64,000 nt of DNA from contig MU056050.1 in NCBI GenBank assembly GCA_013239625.1, forward strand, positions 6,271,366 to 6,335,365, in the 5' to 3' direction. The notes under the pieces were generated by a model that was given only the letters and a program-made list of their open reading frames with translations, searched no databases and was not told the DNA's origin. The DNA comes from Lama guanicoe. Its lineage: Eukaryota. Positions within the stretch are counted from its first letter, which is position 1; every line of letters begins with the position of its first letter. Shown here piece after piece: positions 1 through 12,799 of this stretch. The translations under genes and the position numbers were made by a program.

Positions 1-439
1 ACCAGGTTCTGTAACGGTTATACGCTACTATACAGTGAGAAAGACCGTCACTTGGTCCAGTTACCTAAGTAAACCACCGCTGCAGGGAAGGGGCACCAAC
101 CATCATGGAGAACACAAAGAGACAGTAGCCTGGGCACCAGCTTCGGCCTTACCAAAAAAAAGACTTGGGAACCTTTTAACCTCTGCCTGATAATAATTTC
201 CAATACCATAGCTATTAGTTATATGAGAAAGTCACATTTGTTAATGGAGAGAAATCAGAACCGAATACTTTGTACCAGTGCAAAATATCCTGGGCCAGTC
301 ATGTCACACACTAACTGCCCACAGAGGGGTAGATCTAAGAACTGATCAATGATCTACTATCCAGGCATTATTCTCCTTAAACACCCCACAACTTTTTATG
401 GAATAACTAAGGGCTAAGAAAAGCTGTGCATACAAGGTG

Positions 440-912
440 AGGGTCTGAATTTGGGTTTCCTCAGAAGCAGACCCAGAGACAACAATTGTTAATGCGAGGA
501 GTTTATTTTGGACTTGACCCCAGGAAACACTCCTAGGGAAGTGAGGAAGTGATACAGGGAAATGAAAGCAGTCAATAAGGAGTGTGTTGTCAACACAGCC
601 ACTACTGTGGGTGACTGGGGCTTAGTCTCATGGGTAAAGTCTGGGGAACCATACAGATAACACACCTTAGGAGACCTTGCTGAAGGGGCGAGCGCACTGC
701 TGTGCTCACACACCAACTCCCATAAGCTTTTGGTTGAGAGCCGCTCTCAGAGGCGCTACCCTCTTAGCTCTTCCAGCCTACCATGCAAAGGGTAGAAAAG
801 CCTTCAAGGCCTCTGATGAAGTCCTCAGATAAAGAGACACTGGCAGTCAGAAATCAGCTGGAGCACACAGAAACAATAACGCAGGGGACATAGGGAACAA
901 TAGTGTTGCTAC
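440..912 (-). mobile_element. ERVL-class solo LTR (LTR33/LTR16-like)
   Basis: Minus strand starts TGTAGCAACAC and ends ...aataaactcc...gtctgcttctgaggaaacccaaattcagac, resembling recalled ERVL LTR consensus ends. Confidence 0.6.
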
Positions 913-999
913 ATGCATTTGAACCACAGGAAAGTCTTGCCCCTTGTGTACTGGGAGGGTAGCTTAGGCAGACTAAATGCAGGAGACATGAGGTAGAAT

Positions 1000-2461
1000 A
1001 CTGATAGAAGTCTGAAATCTGACAGCAACTGGAGGATTTCAGAAGTCTAGAACACCTGGAGAGAAAGCAATGTGGACACCAGCATTATCAATGAAAGCGG
1101 CCCGGGGATCAGAATGCGCTGCACTGGGTGACCACCCATAGAGAAGGAAGAACAGACCACTGTGGGGGCCTTTGCCAATAATTTGGAAATAATGGCACTT
1201 TATTTTGGTGACAGTAGATAGTTTCACCAGTTGGTAGAGACTTTTCAAACCAAACACCTAGCAACTAAGAAAGCTGTAAAGATTCTAGTTCAATAACTTA
1301 GTGGAGAAGTCTCACACGATGGACCAAACTCGGGGGCATATTTCATGGGAGAATGTGTCATCTGACAAGAATCCAGGTTTTCCAAACAGCATAAGCACCC
1401 GTAGGCTAGGGAGCCAGGGAACAAGAAGAAATTGTGCAATAAAGACTGAAAATGAGAGCTTTCTGAGCTCTCTGCCTTCTTTTGATTCCAAGGAAATTAA
1501 GTCCTGAGGATCCAAAGGCTCAAGACCGATGCTTTACGAGGGCCTCTTGGGAGCCTGAGAGTTATTGGGAAACCTAGTCACCTCTCTTCTTCCTGGAGTA
1601 AGGGAAACCACTCAAGAGCGCCTGTTCTTCTACCCACTCCGCTCCTCACACCTTCTCTAGACAAGGAGTCAGGATGGGTCAGATTCTAGTACAATCTATT
1701 AGACCGCCTGCTCGAGGGCTGGCTCACCTTGCACATATGATACTGCATTCACGGACACAGCATTCTCTCCCGCTGCTTCCGGCCTCTGGGCAGCTGACAG
1801 GGTAAACCGACTATCCTGCTCTTTCTCCCCAACACAATGCCAGGTCTAGGGTCACTACCCAGCAGTCTAGGCCTCTCTTTGGAAATGGGATTTCTTGGTT
1901 GGGACTTTGAAATTTTCCATGACACTTTCATTTCTCTGTGGAAAATTGACAATACGAGAGGTTCCATATAGAGACTCGGGGGCTTTCTGTCACGTTTGGA
2001 CTCTGCTATCATCTGATGTTCACTGAATGGGCCTCCTTGGCAGGTTATGTTCAACAACTGTACATAATCTAGGATGAGGAACAGAATAGATGATGAAATT
2101 TTCACTAAATATACCGAGTCATCTTTAAGTTACTGTCCTGAATAAAATCATTTCACAAGTTCCTAAGGATGACATTAGAGGCAATCACTGAACATCTTGG
2201 AGAGCTGAATACCACATCTCCTCGGTTCAAGAAAGAGCCATGATATGGTCAGAGAAATGGCCCCATGAAAAGACTATAAGGACTTACCTGCAGATTTTCT
2301 CCCCTAAAGGAGATAGTCACATAGAGCTTAGCTATTAAGCCCTTTGGGTTAACAGAGAAAGAACAAGAAGTAGAGATTGTTAGGTTTCCATGAAAGAAGT
2401 TCAAAGATCCTAGTTGTGTTTGCTCCTGCCCTCCATCTTCATTCCTCCCGAAGGGAAGAAA
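1000..2461 (+). mobile_element. Decayed internal region of an LTR retroelement (integrase remnant; MamGypsy- or ERV-like)
   Basis: Frameshifted peptides GPLP...FILVTVDSFTSW / VETFQTKHLATKKAVKIL (1166-1290) and HP*A...RRNCAIK (about 1396-1443); purine tract at 2450-2461 followed by TG. Confidence 0.6.
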
Positions 2462-3319
2462 TGTTGAACTGATCTGTCAGAGGCAAGTACCCTCTTTGGG
2501 CTGTTTTTCAGTGCACAGAACTTGGGGGTATTAAATAAGACCCTTTAAGGTATCATTTTCCACATCTCAGGTGACTGTAGCTTTTAATATCATGGCAGTG
2601 GAAAATTCCAAGATTTTATTTGAGGTTTAAGAGCTCTGGATTGAAGTTTGAAGCCAAAGCACCAGCCAGTAAAGTGTTACTTTGCTTACCTTTGCCTCCT
2701 TTGTAGACCTTACAGAAATGGCTGATACACCAAGGACAGATTTGGATATCTCTGGGTCCCTTGACCTAACATCATCATAAACTCATCGCTTAATAGTACC
2801 CCAGTTTCACGTCAACTTCCAACAGAGTATAAGTCCTAATTGTGGAAACAGTCAAAGGAATCCAATCAGAAGGGTAGCAGTAAGAAACATGAAATCTGGA
2901 CAATGAATGAAGACTTGAAAGAGTCCAGCAGACAGTGGATTGTCATTCTAGAAGATCTATTCCTATATGCAGAACCCCAATGAGAATGAGGATGTGAAAG
3001 ATGCTGACTGGCACTCAGGGTTACCAAGGTTTGCCAGTAGTACACTAAACAGAGCCTGACAGGAAATGCAAAAGATCTTGGCAGGGGGAGAGAGCAACTC
3101 TAATGGTCCACCTTTGTTTTGATAATTAACACCACTGTCCTGCATTCACAGCTTTGCTTATCTGCTATGTGTTTCACACTAGATTCTGATCCATTTTCCA
3201 TGTTCCCTTATAACCTGAACTTGACCCTGATTAATTGCACACTAACAGTTTCATGTGACAGACCCAGGTTCTTTCCTGAGACGACAACCCCTGGGGCAGA
3301 GGCAGTAATGTAAAACATT

Positions 3320-3690
3320 CCATTGGTTCCCCTATGTTTGCCAGCCTCTTGCACATACATAGGACCATGTGACTAGTTTTGGACAATGGATATAAATGGA
3401 TGTGACGTGTCACTTCCGGGCTGAGGCAATAAAGAGCCTACAGGAGATTTTCCAGTCTCTTTTTTCTCCTACAGCGGCAGCTGAGTAGCCATGTGTTCCA
3501 GATGGTACAGCTACAAAACAGGGAAGCCTCGGGCAGCCTGGAGCCTCGAGTGACTGTGTAGGGCAGGTCCCTTCCCACTCTCACGGCCCTCTGACCTGCG
3601 CGGGCAGGACCTGTGTTGGAAGGAAAGAAACTCTTGGTGTGCAAAACCTCTGATCACTTTGACTGTCTGTTATCCGAGCATACTTGTACT
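3320..3690 (+). mobile_element. MaLR solo LTR (MLT1I/J-like)
   Basis: ccatgtgactagttttggacaatgg...gtgtcacttccgggctgaggca...gagtgactgtgt, typical old MLT1 segments. Confidence 0.65.
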
Positions 3691-3919
3691 CCTATAGAAG
3701 ACCCCCTACTCTTCTGCAAGCATAGTGCTTATTTCATACTCTTAACTCACTTGTTAGTAGATCTACATGTTAGACCCAGACTCCTCTGAACTGGCTCTAT
3801 GGGACAGAAGAGCAGGCCCAAGTCAGCAAGCCAAGCTTTAACTTTCAACCAAATACATAGTTGTGAGCAATACAATTCAGTAAACACAACTATTTTCTAC
3901 TGCACAAAAAACAGGAAAT

Positions 3920-4585
3920 AATTAAATTTCTTATAGACGTTTCTTTATTATATTTTCCCACTTGAATATTTAGAGAATAATTTAAATGTAATGCATACTG
4001 ACAGCAAGCACAGTATCAAATATTAGTTTTTTTTAATATTTTTCTGTTCTCACCCTTTATTCCTTTAGGAAAAAATATTTAGATGACCTCAAAGAAACAA
4101 TTATTATGCTAATCACAGTATGCAGTAACACTTACAAGCCCATACTCAATAGAAAAGAAAGCAACAAAGAAGTGAAAAAGTCTTTCTCCTCAAATCATTT
4201 TAATTCATTTTTCCACAGCCATATAAATTTAAAGTATGAAACAACAATAATACAGCTATAGAATCTAGGTTCTCTTTCAAAGCAGCGGCATATAAAACAT
4301 AGAAAAGCTAAAACCTCAGCACAAGCTTCAAAAGAACAAGGACTGAGAGGATTTTGATGAAGACATGAAATGCACAAAATACAGTACACAAAAATACTAG
4401 AATGCATAAAATATAAAGCTACACATTTCAGGTAGAAAGCATTGTAAAATATATAAAATATGCAAGAAATCAAAACCAAAGAGATTTTTCTTAGAGTACC
4501 ATGAATACACTGGAACTGGCAATTAGCATTTGAAGATGGGAACAAGAAAATAGCAGTTTCCCATTTAAAACTTTATTTCTAGGCT
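3920..4585 (-). other. SMARCA1: SMARCA1 3' UTR (end approximate)
   Basis: AU-rich, repeat-free sequence from the stop codon to an AATAAA at 3944-3949 that is followed by a U/GU-rich element. Confidence 0.65.
3944..3949 (-). terminator. Likely distal polyadenylation signal AATAAA
   Basis: Plus-strand tttatt; downstream on the minus strand lies ttcctgttttttgtg (GU/U-rich element). Confidence 0.6.
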
Positions 4586-4657
4586 TTAGGATTTCACCTT
4601 CTTGACATCCTTCTTTCCAGAGCTCTCAGTAGCTGACTCTGCTTTTCTTTTCTGTGA
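4586..4657 (-). CDS. SMARCA1: SMARCA1 last exon (25), coding part: SQKRKAESATESSGKKDVKKVKS*
   Basis: ttttag|TCA CAG AAA ... AAA TCC TAA; 72 nt including stop. Confidence 0.95.
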   Translation of the reverse strand, partial: SQKRKAESATESSGKKDVKKVKS

Positions 4658-5020
4658 CTAAAATGGAAACAGATTTAATGTTCTGCTCCAATATGCACAT
4701 TTTTAAATGGCCCAACAATGTTAAATCTAGGATGTAAATGCATTAAAAAAAAATTTTAACATGAATATTCACTTAAATGTTATACTCACAGTTAATGTTC
4801 TATATAGCCCAACAAACTATATAACCCAATGTAAAATAACCTTCAAAGATGTTTCTTTTTAAGAAAAGACATAAAATACCCATCAAAAATAGTCATCAAG
4901 TTTCTACTTACACATGGTACTATAAATGTACGCTTATCTTAAAGAGCTACTTAAAGTTTTCTGGGCAAACTTATTTATGAGTGTCTTATTTTGTAAAATC
5001 TTATGATAGATGTTAAAATG

Positions 5021-5196
5021 CCATATTTCATATATTCTATGATGCACATTTCTCTCCCACTTTAGCATCTCTGAAGTCGGGATGAATCCTATAATTGATG
5101 ACAAACCATAGTCACTTGGCAGCAGTTTATCTTAGTGGTACATAAAATAATGCCGTGTCTTACAATGGAAGGCATCTTAGACTTGATGAAATATGG
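5021..5196 (+). mobile_element. MER104-like Tc2/mariner MITE
   Basis: Terminal inverted repeats ccatatttcat...ttctatgatgc / gcatcttag...atgaaatatgg followed by TA. Confidence 0.75.
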
Positions 5197-5738
5197 TAGT
5201 TTACTTAACCACACTCAAATAATATATCTATTAAAGAGTATTTGAAATTGTAACTATATAAGGTAACCTGACTGAATTAAAATCACGTCATCTTATTATT
5301 CAACAGTTAACTAATTACCAAGTAAACCAAGTAAAGCTTTGCTATCTCCTCAAAGTTCTTCTTTGCACTCATAGTTCCACAAAGATCAGAAAACTTATTT
5401 GGTCAAATCAGAACTCCCAGTTTCAATCTCAGCCCCATCCCAACCCACCTCGGCCCTCTCCTACTCCTCATGACAACTCTAGTCTTAATTCAAAGGATTT
5501 TACTTGCATTTTACTTCTGCTTAAAAGTCACGAGGAATTTCTTTAAATACTGAACCCTGTTACTAGGGAGTTCCTAACCATACATTCTACAAATAGGAAA
5601 CATGGTTGTAGTGTAATTCTTTCTCTGTCAAAAACAAATCGGCACTTCATAAAACCAATTTTTATAATAGATATCACTATGGCATTAAACATAATATAGG
5701 CATTTTAATTATGTAAAAAAATGGGATCTACCTAAAAG

Positions 5739-5762
5739 TTAGGAAAATGCTGAAAATTTTAC
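5739..5762 (-). CDS. SMARCA1: SMARCA1 exon 24 extension: alternative C-terminus VKFSAFS*
   Basis: Reading through the first donor gives GTA AAA TTT TCA GCA TTT TCC TAA, the human short C-terminus as recalled; candidate second donor AG|gtagat at 5732/5731. Confidence 0.8.
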   Translation of the reverse strand, partial: VKFSAFS

Positions 5763-5873
5763 CATTGGAGTTTTAGTTGCCCGTTTCTTCTTTTCTGCTC
5801 TCTCTCTTTCCTCAATTTCCATATTTTCTTTCTCAATCAATGAAATCAGAGTATTACAGCGTCTCTGGAATTC
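5763..5873 (-). CDS. SMARCA1: SMARCA1 exon 24: [37 protein letters not shown]
   Basis: tttag|GAA TTC CAG ... CCA ATG|gtaaaa; 111 nt. Confidence 0.96.
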
Positions 5874-6034
5874 CTAAACCAAATAATAAAAGACTTTTAA
5901 TTTCTGCAATCCAGGCACAATGTTTAAAAACTGGTAATTCTTTAATTGTATCATTTCTGTGATACAGAATTTTTTAAGTCGGTATTCTTCAGAACAATAT
6001 TCATATGGGGTATTCCATCAAAAATATGGGGAGT

Positions 6035-6600
6035 AGATAAATGTCATTCAGTAGGTGAATGGATAAACAAATTGTGGCACATCCATACCATGATATACTA
6101 CTTAGCAATAAAAAGGACAGACCTACTGGTAAACACAACAACCTGGAGGAACCTCAGTGGAATGATGCTGAGTGAAAAGAGCCAACTTCAATACGTTATA
6201 TACCACATTGTTCCGTTTATACAGCATTCTTGAAACTACCAAAGTTTAGAAATGGAGAACATATCAGTGGTTGCCAGGGGCTATGGATGGGGGGAGAGTG
6301 GGTGTGACTATAAAGAGCTAGCACAAGGGAGTCTTGTGGCAGTGCTAGTTACACGTATCTATACGTGATAAAATTGCACTGAACTACACACACATGCATA
6401 CATGAATGCATCCGTAAGCCATGAAATCTGCATGAGCACTGTGGATTGTACTAATGTCCATTTCCTGGTTGTGACATTGCACTGGATTTATGGAAGATGC
6501 TACCATCTGGGAAAACTTGGTGAAGGGTGCATGGGCCCTCCCTGTACATTTCTTTACAATTTCCATGAATCTATAATTATTTTGAAATAAAAAGTTAACA
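6035..6600 (+). mobile_element. Old L1 3' end (L1MC/MD-like)
   Basis: gaatggataaacaaattgtggcacatccatac...atgctgagtgaaaagagcca...aaataaaaagtt. Confidence 0.75.
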
Positions 6601-6629
6601 AAAGCACGTAAACAAAAAAATAAGGGGAT

Positions 6630-6850
6630 GTCCTACTGTGAAAGTATGTTTGGAAGTACTCAGTTTACAAAAGTCAAACAGATTTCTTTACTACAGGGCT
6701 TCTCAGAGCCTTTAAGTTCCTCATGAGCACAAGGGTGGGAGATTTAGGAAGCAAGCAATTCCCAAAGCTACTCAACCAACAGAGCTCCTTTCTCAAAGGA
6801 CCTCTTGTGAGATCAGAGTTCTGAGGAGCATGTCTCAGGAAATACTGCTG
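6630..6850. mobile_element. hAT-Charlie-type non-autonomous relic
   Basis: aaacagatttctttactacagggcttctcagagcctttaa...ggaaatactg resembles recalled Charlie-type MER consensus; family uncertain. Confidence 0.45.
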
Positions 6851-7432
6851 CATTTGTTAATTAACAGCAAACAATAGCTGAAAAGATTCCACATTAACCT
6901 TGCCACTACCTATATTTCACTGCCAGCAAGTCAATGTATCCAAACTATAAACAGTTTTTATGAACATATAGTGAGCATTAAACATAAGATTCATTAGTAT
7001 GGATGCTCATGTATATTAACCCTGTATACCTTGCTGTATTTTAAAGGTAAACAACAGTTTAATATCAAAGGCTAGAGAGCATCTTAAAATATGGTTTCTT
7101 TTCTGTGTAAGCAAAAATATCTGATAAAATATAAAATACCTAAACATTCAAATAAAAACGTAGGCTTATTGGTAGTACCCAACCAAAAAAACAGTCAAAG
7201 TACAGAAATAGAAAACTCATAAAAAATTAAAATATCCAACTACTAAAAATTTTTTTCACTCAAACTAATGATCAAAGAAATGCAAAGTAAACGAAAGATA
7301 ACTTTATCAAATGAGCAATGACATGTGCATGCATTTGGGGGGGGTGCATGTGTGGGTGTGTATCCAGTGTTGGTAGTGAGATGGTAAAATGGGAACTCTC
7401 ATTCACTGATGATGTGAGCCAATGTTACTACC

Positions 7433-7816
7433 TGTTAAAAAATTGTGTCCTCCCCAAATCTGTAGGTTGAAGCCTTAACACCCCCACAACGTGACTGTGT
7501 TTTAAGAGAGGGCCTTTAAGGAGGTGATGAAGGTTAAATGAAGTCATAAGGGTGGGTGCCTAATCCAACAGGCCTGGAATTCTTATAAGAAGAGTAGGAG
7601 ACATCCAGAGATGTCTCACTCTACACTTGACAGAAAGGGTCATGTGAGGACACAGCAAGAAGACACCATCTACAAGCCAGGGAGGAAGGCCTCATCAGAA
7701 ACCAACCCTGAGGGTGCCCTGATCTTGGACTTCCAGTCTCTAAAACTGTGAGAAATTTCTGTTTAAGCCATCCCATCTGCAGTATTTTGTTACAGCAGCC
7801 CAAGCAGACTAATACA
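7433..7816 (+). mobile_element. MLT1A/B-like MaLR solo LTR inserted into an older L1
   Basis: TG...CA ends with a 5-bp target duplication ctacc/ctatc; L1 ORF2 3' sequence continues on both sides (about 7230-7432 and 7817-8180). Confidence 0.8.
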
Positions 7817-9954
7817 CTATCTTTCTAGAGAGTAGTTTCAGAATATCAATGAAGCATCTTAAACATCCCATAACCTTTGATCTTACAATTCCACTCCTAG
7901 ATGCTTCATGTAGGGAAATAAGAGATTTACAAAACAGTATTTAGAGCAGTGTTGTTTTTAGCAAAGAAATACTGGGAACTAAAGTTTTGGTAATTTGGAA
8001 ATGGAATACACAGACACATCTTACTATACACATACATACACAGAAAGAGCTGAGAGGGGACTCATTATATAGAGAGTTACTAGTGGTCAACAGCAGCTAT
8101 TTCTGAAAGTAGGACCAATGATAATTTTTATTTTCTTCTTTATACCAGCATGTATTTTCCAGATTTTCTGCAATGAACATTTAGGTATTGGGCCATTTGT
8201 AACATTTTTAAGAAATGGCAAATGTTTTTAAATTGTTTTACCTTTCTAAATAAAAGCCAGAAAATGGCATACAGAAAGGTTACCAACTATCCAAGCACTT
8301 TCTACTCTGTAAAATTCAAGCCCAAAAAAGGAGGCAGAAAACCAAAGACAGTCTAGCCAGAAAAAAAGTCTTCAATAACAAATTATTGTTTAACTATTAA
8401 AAATAACATAACAAAACACTGGTACATTCATGTTTCTTATGCATCCTCAATTACACAAGGTTAAATAATTTAGGAAAAATAACACTGGAATTTTCCTTAC
8501 TTACCAAAACAATAGTAGTATCTTTAACATGCAGACCAAACACACTTCAGAGCTTCATTCAAGAACACACATACAAATTAAACAGCATGTTATTCAATTT
8601 ATCTATTATAGAAAGGGCTAAGTTGGCCCTGATGAGATTTGATTGTTGGTTTCTAGGGAGAATAGATAGAGTCTTTATGTGAAGCTGATTCTTGAGTCAT
8701 TAAGCTATACCCTCTGGCTATTATTATTCTCAATAAGTAATAGTTGCCTGTGACTGTAGATATCTTTAGATACATATTCATGGTTCATATGGGTGGTTCA
8801 GAAAAAAAACTAATACTTTTGAGACAATCTCATGCAGGGAAGTGGAATATCTGAAAATGATTATAAATAGACTGTATAATAAGTTCTTACCTTCATTCCT
8901 TTTAACCTGTCACTAACTATTTCAGACAGAAAAATAATCTAACTCTCTAGAGAAAGGCACCAAGGAATGGGTGAGCATAGATGTCACCTTCCTAGCAGAG
9001 GTAATGCCACTTTCTCCAGAGACACCAATCCCAACTTTCATTCACACACTTAAAGACTGCCTAACTAAACAGATGGTATCATACACAGATACCCAGAAAT
9101 TACAAGGAGGAAGGCCAGATTACCAATAAAACAGTGACTCACTTTTTGAATAACTAAGTGACTAAAACGACTATAAGAAATTTCATGATGTCAAAAGCAT
9201 TTTTATCTCACGTGGTTTTCTCCTTTCACATACGTATTCCCCTAGATTCTTGTACCTTTTTATCGTCCTATTTTCCTCGGGTTACAGGGAGTGGTTCATG
9301 CAGTCTTAAAACTGTTCTGTAGCCTAATTATCTCTTTCTCTCGTGATTTCCCCATACTCGATTTAGAAAGGAAATTGGAGGGAGAAAAGTAGCACACAAG
9401 AGGAAGAGAGGTGATGCAAAAACAATGAAGATAACACAAAGAGCAGGAAAATGACACATGGAAAACTGCTCTGCAGCATTAACAGCTGTGGCCAAAGGGG
9501 GAAGAAAGGACTTTGTGTTCACACATGTGTAGGAAATGCTAGATTTGAAAAAGGTTAAACAAACTTCTTCATGGCAGGACTTCTCAGAGCTTTCAGCACT
9601 TGAAGGTAAATTGGAAGTGTCAAGGGCAGGAGTCAGTATCATCATTTCCCAAATCTATTCAAACACAAAGCCTTGTTCTGCATATTGTTTATTTACAAAT
9701 CCTGGAACAATGTTTGGTAGAAACCAACTTGGGAAATGACGTGCAGGCTCAGAGTGAATGGATAAGACTAAGTTTTCAAAGTACAAAGAACCTAGAAGCG
9801 AAAAACGAAGAACTAAGCAAGTTTACTTAATTCAGTTGACAAAAGGATCTCACTGACGATTCTTAAGCAGAAGGTGTCACGTAATCAGAGATGTATTTTG
9901 TACTCTGAAATCTTCCCCTGATACAGATTCTCAATAGTGGGAGCTCATAAAATT

Positions 9955-10275
9955 ACAGATGCTCAGGATTGGAAGGGACCTTTAAAAATCACTGAAGTTG
10001 ATGCTGAATCCCTTCTACTAGGTCCTTGCTAATTAGTTGTCCAGCCTGTCTGAATTTTTCCAATGACGGGGTACTCACTACCTCCCAAGGCTGTCTACTC
10101 CACCTGTGGACAAGTTAAAAATGCTCCCTTATGCAAAAAGCTACAATGTGCTACATTATAGTTTCCAAAAACCTGTTCTAGGTCTAACTTTTGTTTTTGT
10201 AGTCAGACTGAACAAGCTGATTTCCTCTTCTGTGTGACAACCTTCCAGATATTACAAGGCAGCTCTCATGCTCCC
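9955..10275 (-). mobile_element. CR1/L3 LINE fragment
   Basis: ttggaagggacctt...tccaatgacggggtactcactacctcccaaggc...tgacaaccttccagatatt. Confidence 0.6.
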
Positions 10276-10441
10276 ATCACAATCACCACAGTCACCACCA
10301 GACCTCCCAAACCTCCCTCTTTTAGGCTCCCCTTCACTCACCCTTCATTTAACACTTTTCTTGAATAACTGTGTAACACTTATATCTACCTCTGGTTATA
10401 TTATTTCTTTCCTTCCACCTTTCTTACACATTCTTTTAAAC

Positions 10442-10730
10442 CAGAGGTCAGCACATCCTTTCAGTGAAGAGACAGTAAACAGTAAATACTGCTGGCGTGC
10501 CAGACCACACAGTCTCTCATAGCTACTCGGCATAGGCAATGCATAAATGGATGGCCTGGGTGGGCTCCAATAAACCCTACCTACAGATACAAAAATCTGA
10601 ATGTTGTACAAATGTCACATGTCACAAAAATAGTCTTTTGACTTTCTTCCAACCATCTGAAAATGTAAAAATCATTCTTGGCTTGCAGGCCATACAAAAA
10701 CAGGTGAAGGGCTGCAGTTTGCAAACCCCG
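10442..10730. mobile_element. MER58B-like hAT-Charlie element
   Basis: cagaggtcagc...ccacacagtctc...aatgtaaaaatcattcttggcttgcaggccatacaaaaacagg...gtttgcaaacccc. Confidence 0.65.
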
Positions 10731-11835
10731 TTTTAAACCACAGACTTTAGATCGACTTTAAACAAACCATGCTGCCTTGGTTTTCCGTATCTTTTTAATG
10801 GTTTATGATTCTATTCAATGCAAAGTCACCCAAGTTTCAACTTTTGAATACTAGGACATGTATCTCTACCTTTATTTAATAAATGATGGGCTGTCTGCAG
10901 TAAGTGGTGCTGCCCTGTGCCGTGTCGTGAATATCAATCACACCGGGCACCAAGCCCAAACATCCTTTGCCCCAATACTCAGCTTCAAAGCATCAATTCA
11001 AAACGCACAAAAAGCATCAGCAGACCTGAAGTGACTTACTGAAAGAGATTAAAGAGACTCCACATTACATTTCCTATGTACTAGAATCCTAAACACTAAG
11101 CCTGCCTAAGTCTGAATGACATAAGGTCTGTGCCCATTATGGTTGAAAGTCAAAAGCAGGTAAATGAACAAGGGCAAAAAAATAAATAAATAAATCGCAC
11201 TCCATATTTGTGCCTCTAAACTTGTAGGCAGTGCTACAAAGTCAGAATTTTCTTCTATAGTTCTTAGTAAAATAAAATGGGTGGTTTTTCTCTTTTGCTC
11301 TTTTGTAAACTCCCTATATTTTACCTCCAGAATTGATTCCTTCAACTATATATTCTGTGGTATATTTCCTAGGTTCTTTGTCACTTTGGAACCTGTATCA
11401 TACTAACAAAAAGCGATGGCATTCTATACTAGAATTTCAGGGCCCAAGTACACTGGCAGTTAGATGGGAGTTAGTATTCTAATAAATATATCCTATATTT
11501 CTTAAACAAGTATCAAATGTTATAATGCTTTTACCTAACTGCTGCTGCTTAAACATCATTATTTGTAAAATGTTACATCACATCCTCACAAGATAACACA
11601 TAAGCATAAATACATAAAATGAAATCCTGTTAGTGAATTTATCATATTTCAGGTTGTTAGAAGTGTTCAGTCTTAAATCAAACACTACAGATGCTAATAA
11701 AACACATGATATGTACAACTGGCTACTCAAACTTAGTAAAAACAAAAGCTGCAGGGATTATAGCTAAGTAAAGTCTATCATTAGAAAAAGGTACATAAAA
11801 AGAGAAGAAAAGTAATGAAAAGAAAAAAGAACTCA

Positions 11836-12130
11836 CATAGAAAACAAGCTTATGGTTACCAAAGGGGAAGGAAACGAGTGGAAGGAATAAATTAGGAGTT
11901 TAGGATTGACATACACGCACTACTATATATAAAATAGATAAACAAGAAGGACCTACAGTATAGCACGGGGAACTATAGTCAATATCTTATAATAACATAC
12001 AATGGAAAAAATCTGAAAAAGAATGTGTGTGTGTGTGTGTGTGTGTGTGGATATGGATAACTGAATCACTTTACTGTATACCTGAAACTAACACAACACT
12101 GTAAATCAACTATACTTCAATTTAAAAAAA
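11836..12130 (+). mobile_element. 5'-truncated lineage-specific L1 3' end with internal (TG)n at 12024-12049
   Basis: Ends ...gtaaatcaactatacttcaatttaaaaaaa; flanked by a target-site duplication of about 19 bp, gaaaagaaaaaa(a)gaactca (11817-11835, 12131-12150). Confidence 0.85.
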
Positions 12131-12454
12131 GAAAAGAAAAAAAGAACTCAACCCTGTTGCTACATTTCTTCACATTCTATCCAAATCTGATCCAACTTTA
12201 GGGGTCTATGAGAAAGAAGCAAACTAAAGTACAAAAGTTCCATGATATTATGCTGATCCATTTAGATCTAACCATTTGAACTTGAAGGTTAAGAGAGCAG
12301 TAGTAAAAAAAATGACTCTGGGGCAGATGGTGATATATTAGCTAAGGGAAGAAAAAAAAAAAGAGGAGGAACATAGAAAAGACAGAGACAGAAATTTGGG
12401 AATGATCAGCCTATATGGTAATTGAGGTAGACATGACCCTACTTCCACAGAACA

Positions 12455-12795
12455 GTATTTCTAAAATGTCAGTCTGAACATGTCACTGCCCTGGTAAAAT
12501 CTTTCAGTGACTCTCCGTTTCCCTTAGAATAATGACCGAAGTTCAATACAGGGGACAAGGCCTTTCGTAATTTGCCAGCTATTTCCCCATCGTCCAGTAC
12601 TTCCCTACTCATGCTCGACCACACCAACTTGCTTGCAGCTTCTGCACATGCTGTGCTTGTCTCTACCTTTGCATATGCTGTTTCTACAGTCTCAGGGCCA
12701 ATTCATTCCTAATCTTTCAATACTCAGTTCCAAGAAGGACCTCTTCCGTGAAGCCATTCCTCTGACATAACCCTTAAGGCAAAGTTAAGCATTAC
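12455..12795 (+). mobile_element. L2 fragment
   Basis: tttctaaaatg...catgtcactgccctgg...aaggcctttcgtaatttgcc...cctttgcatatgctgtt. Confidence 0.6.
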
Positions 12796-12799
12796 TTCT

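Noticed and set aside
1749..2105. 118-aa minus-strand ORF downstream of the gene
   Set aside because: Antisense to a decayed retroelement interior; no recognisable similarity
9584..9645. Minus-strand ATGATGA...CTGA arrangement suggesting an intronic C/D snoRNA
   Set aside because: No terminal stem and no recognisable guide sequence; such boxes occur by chance
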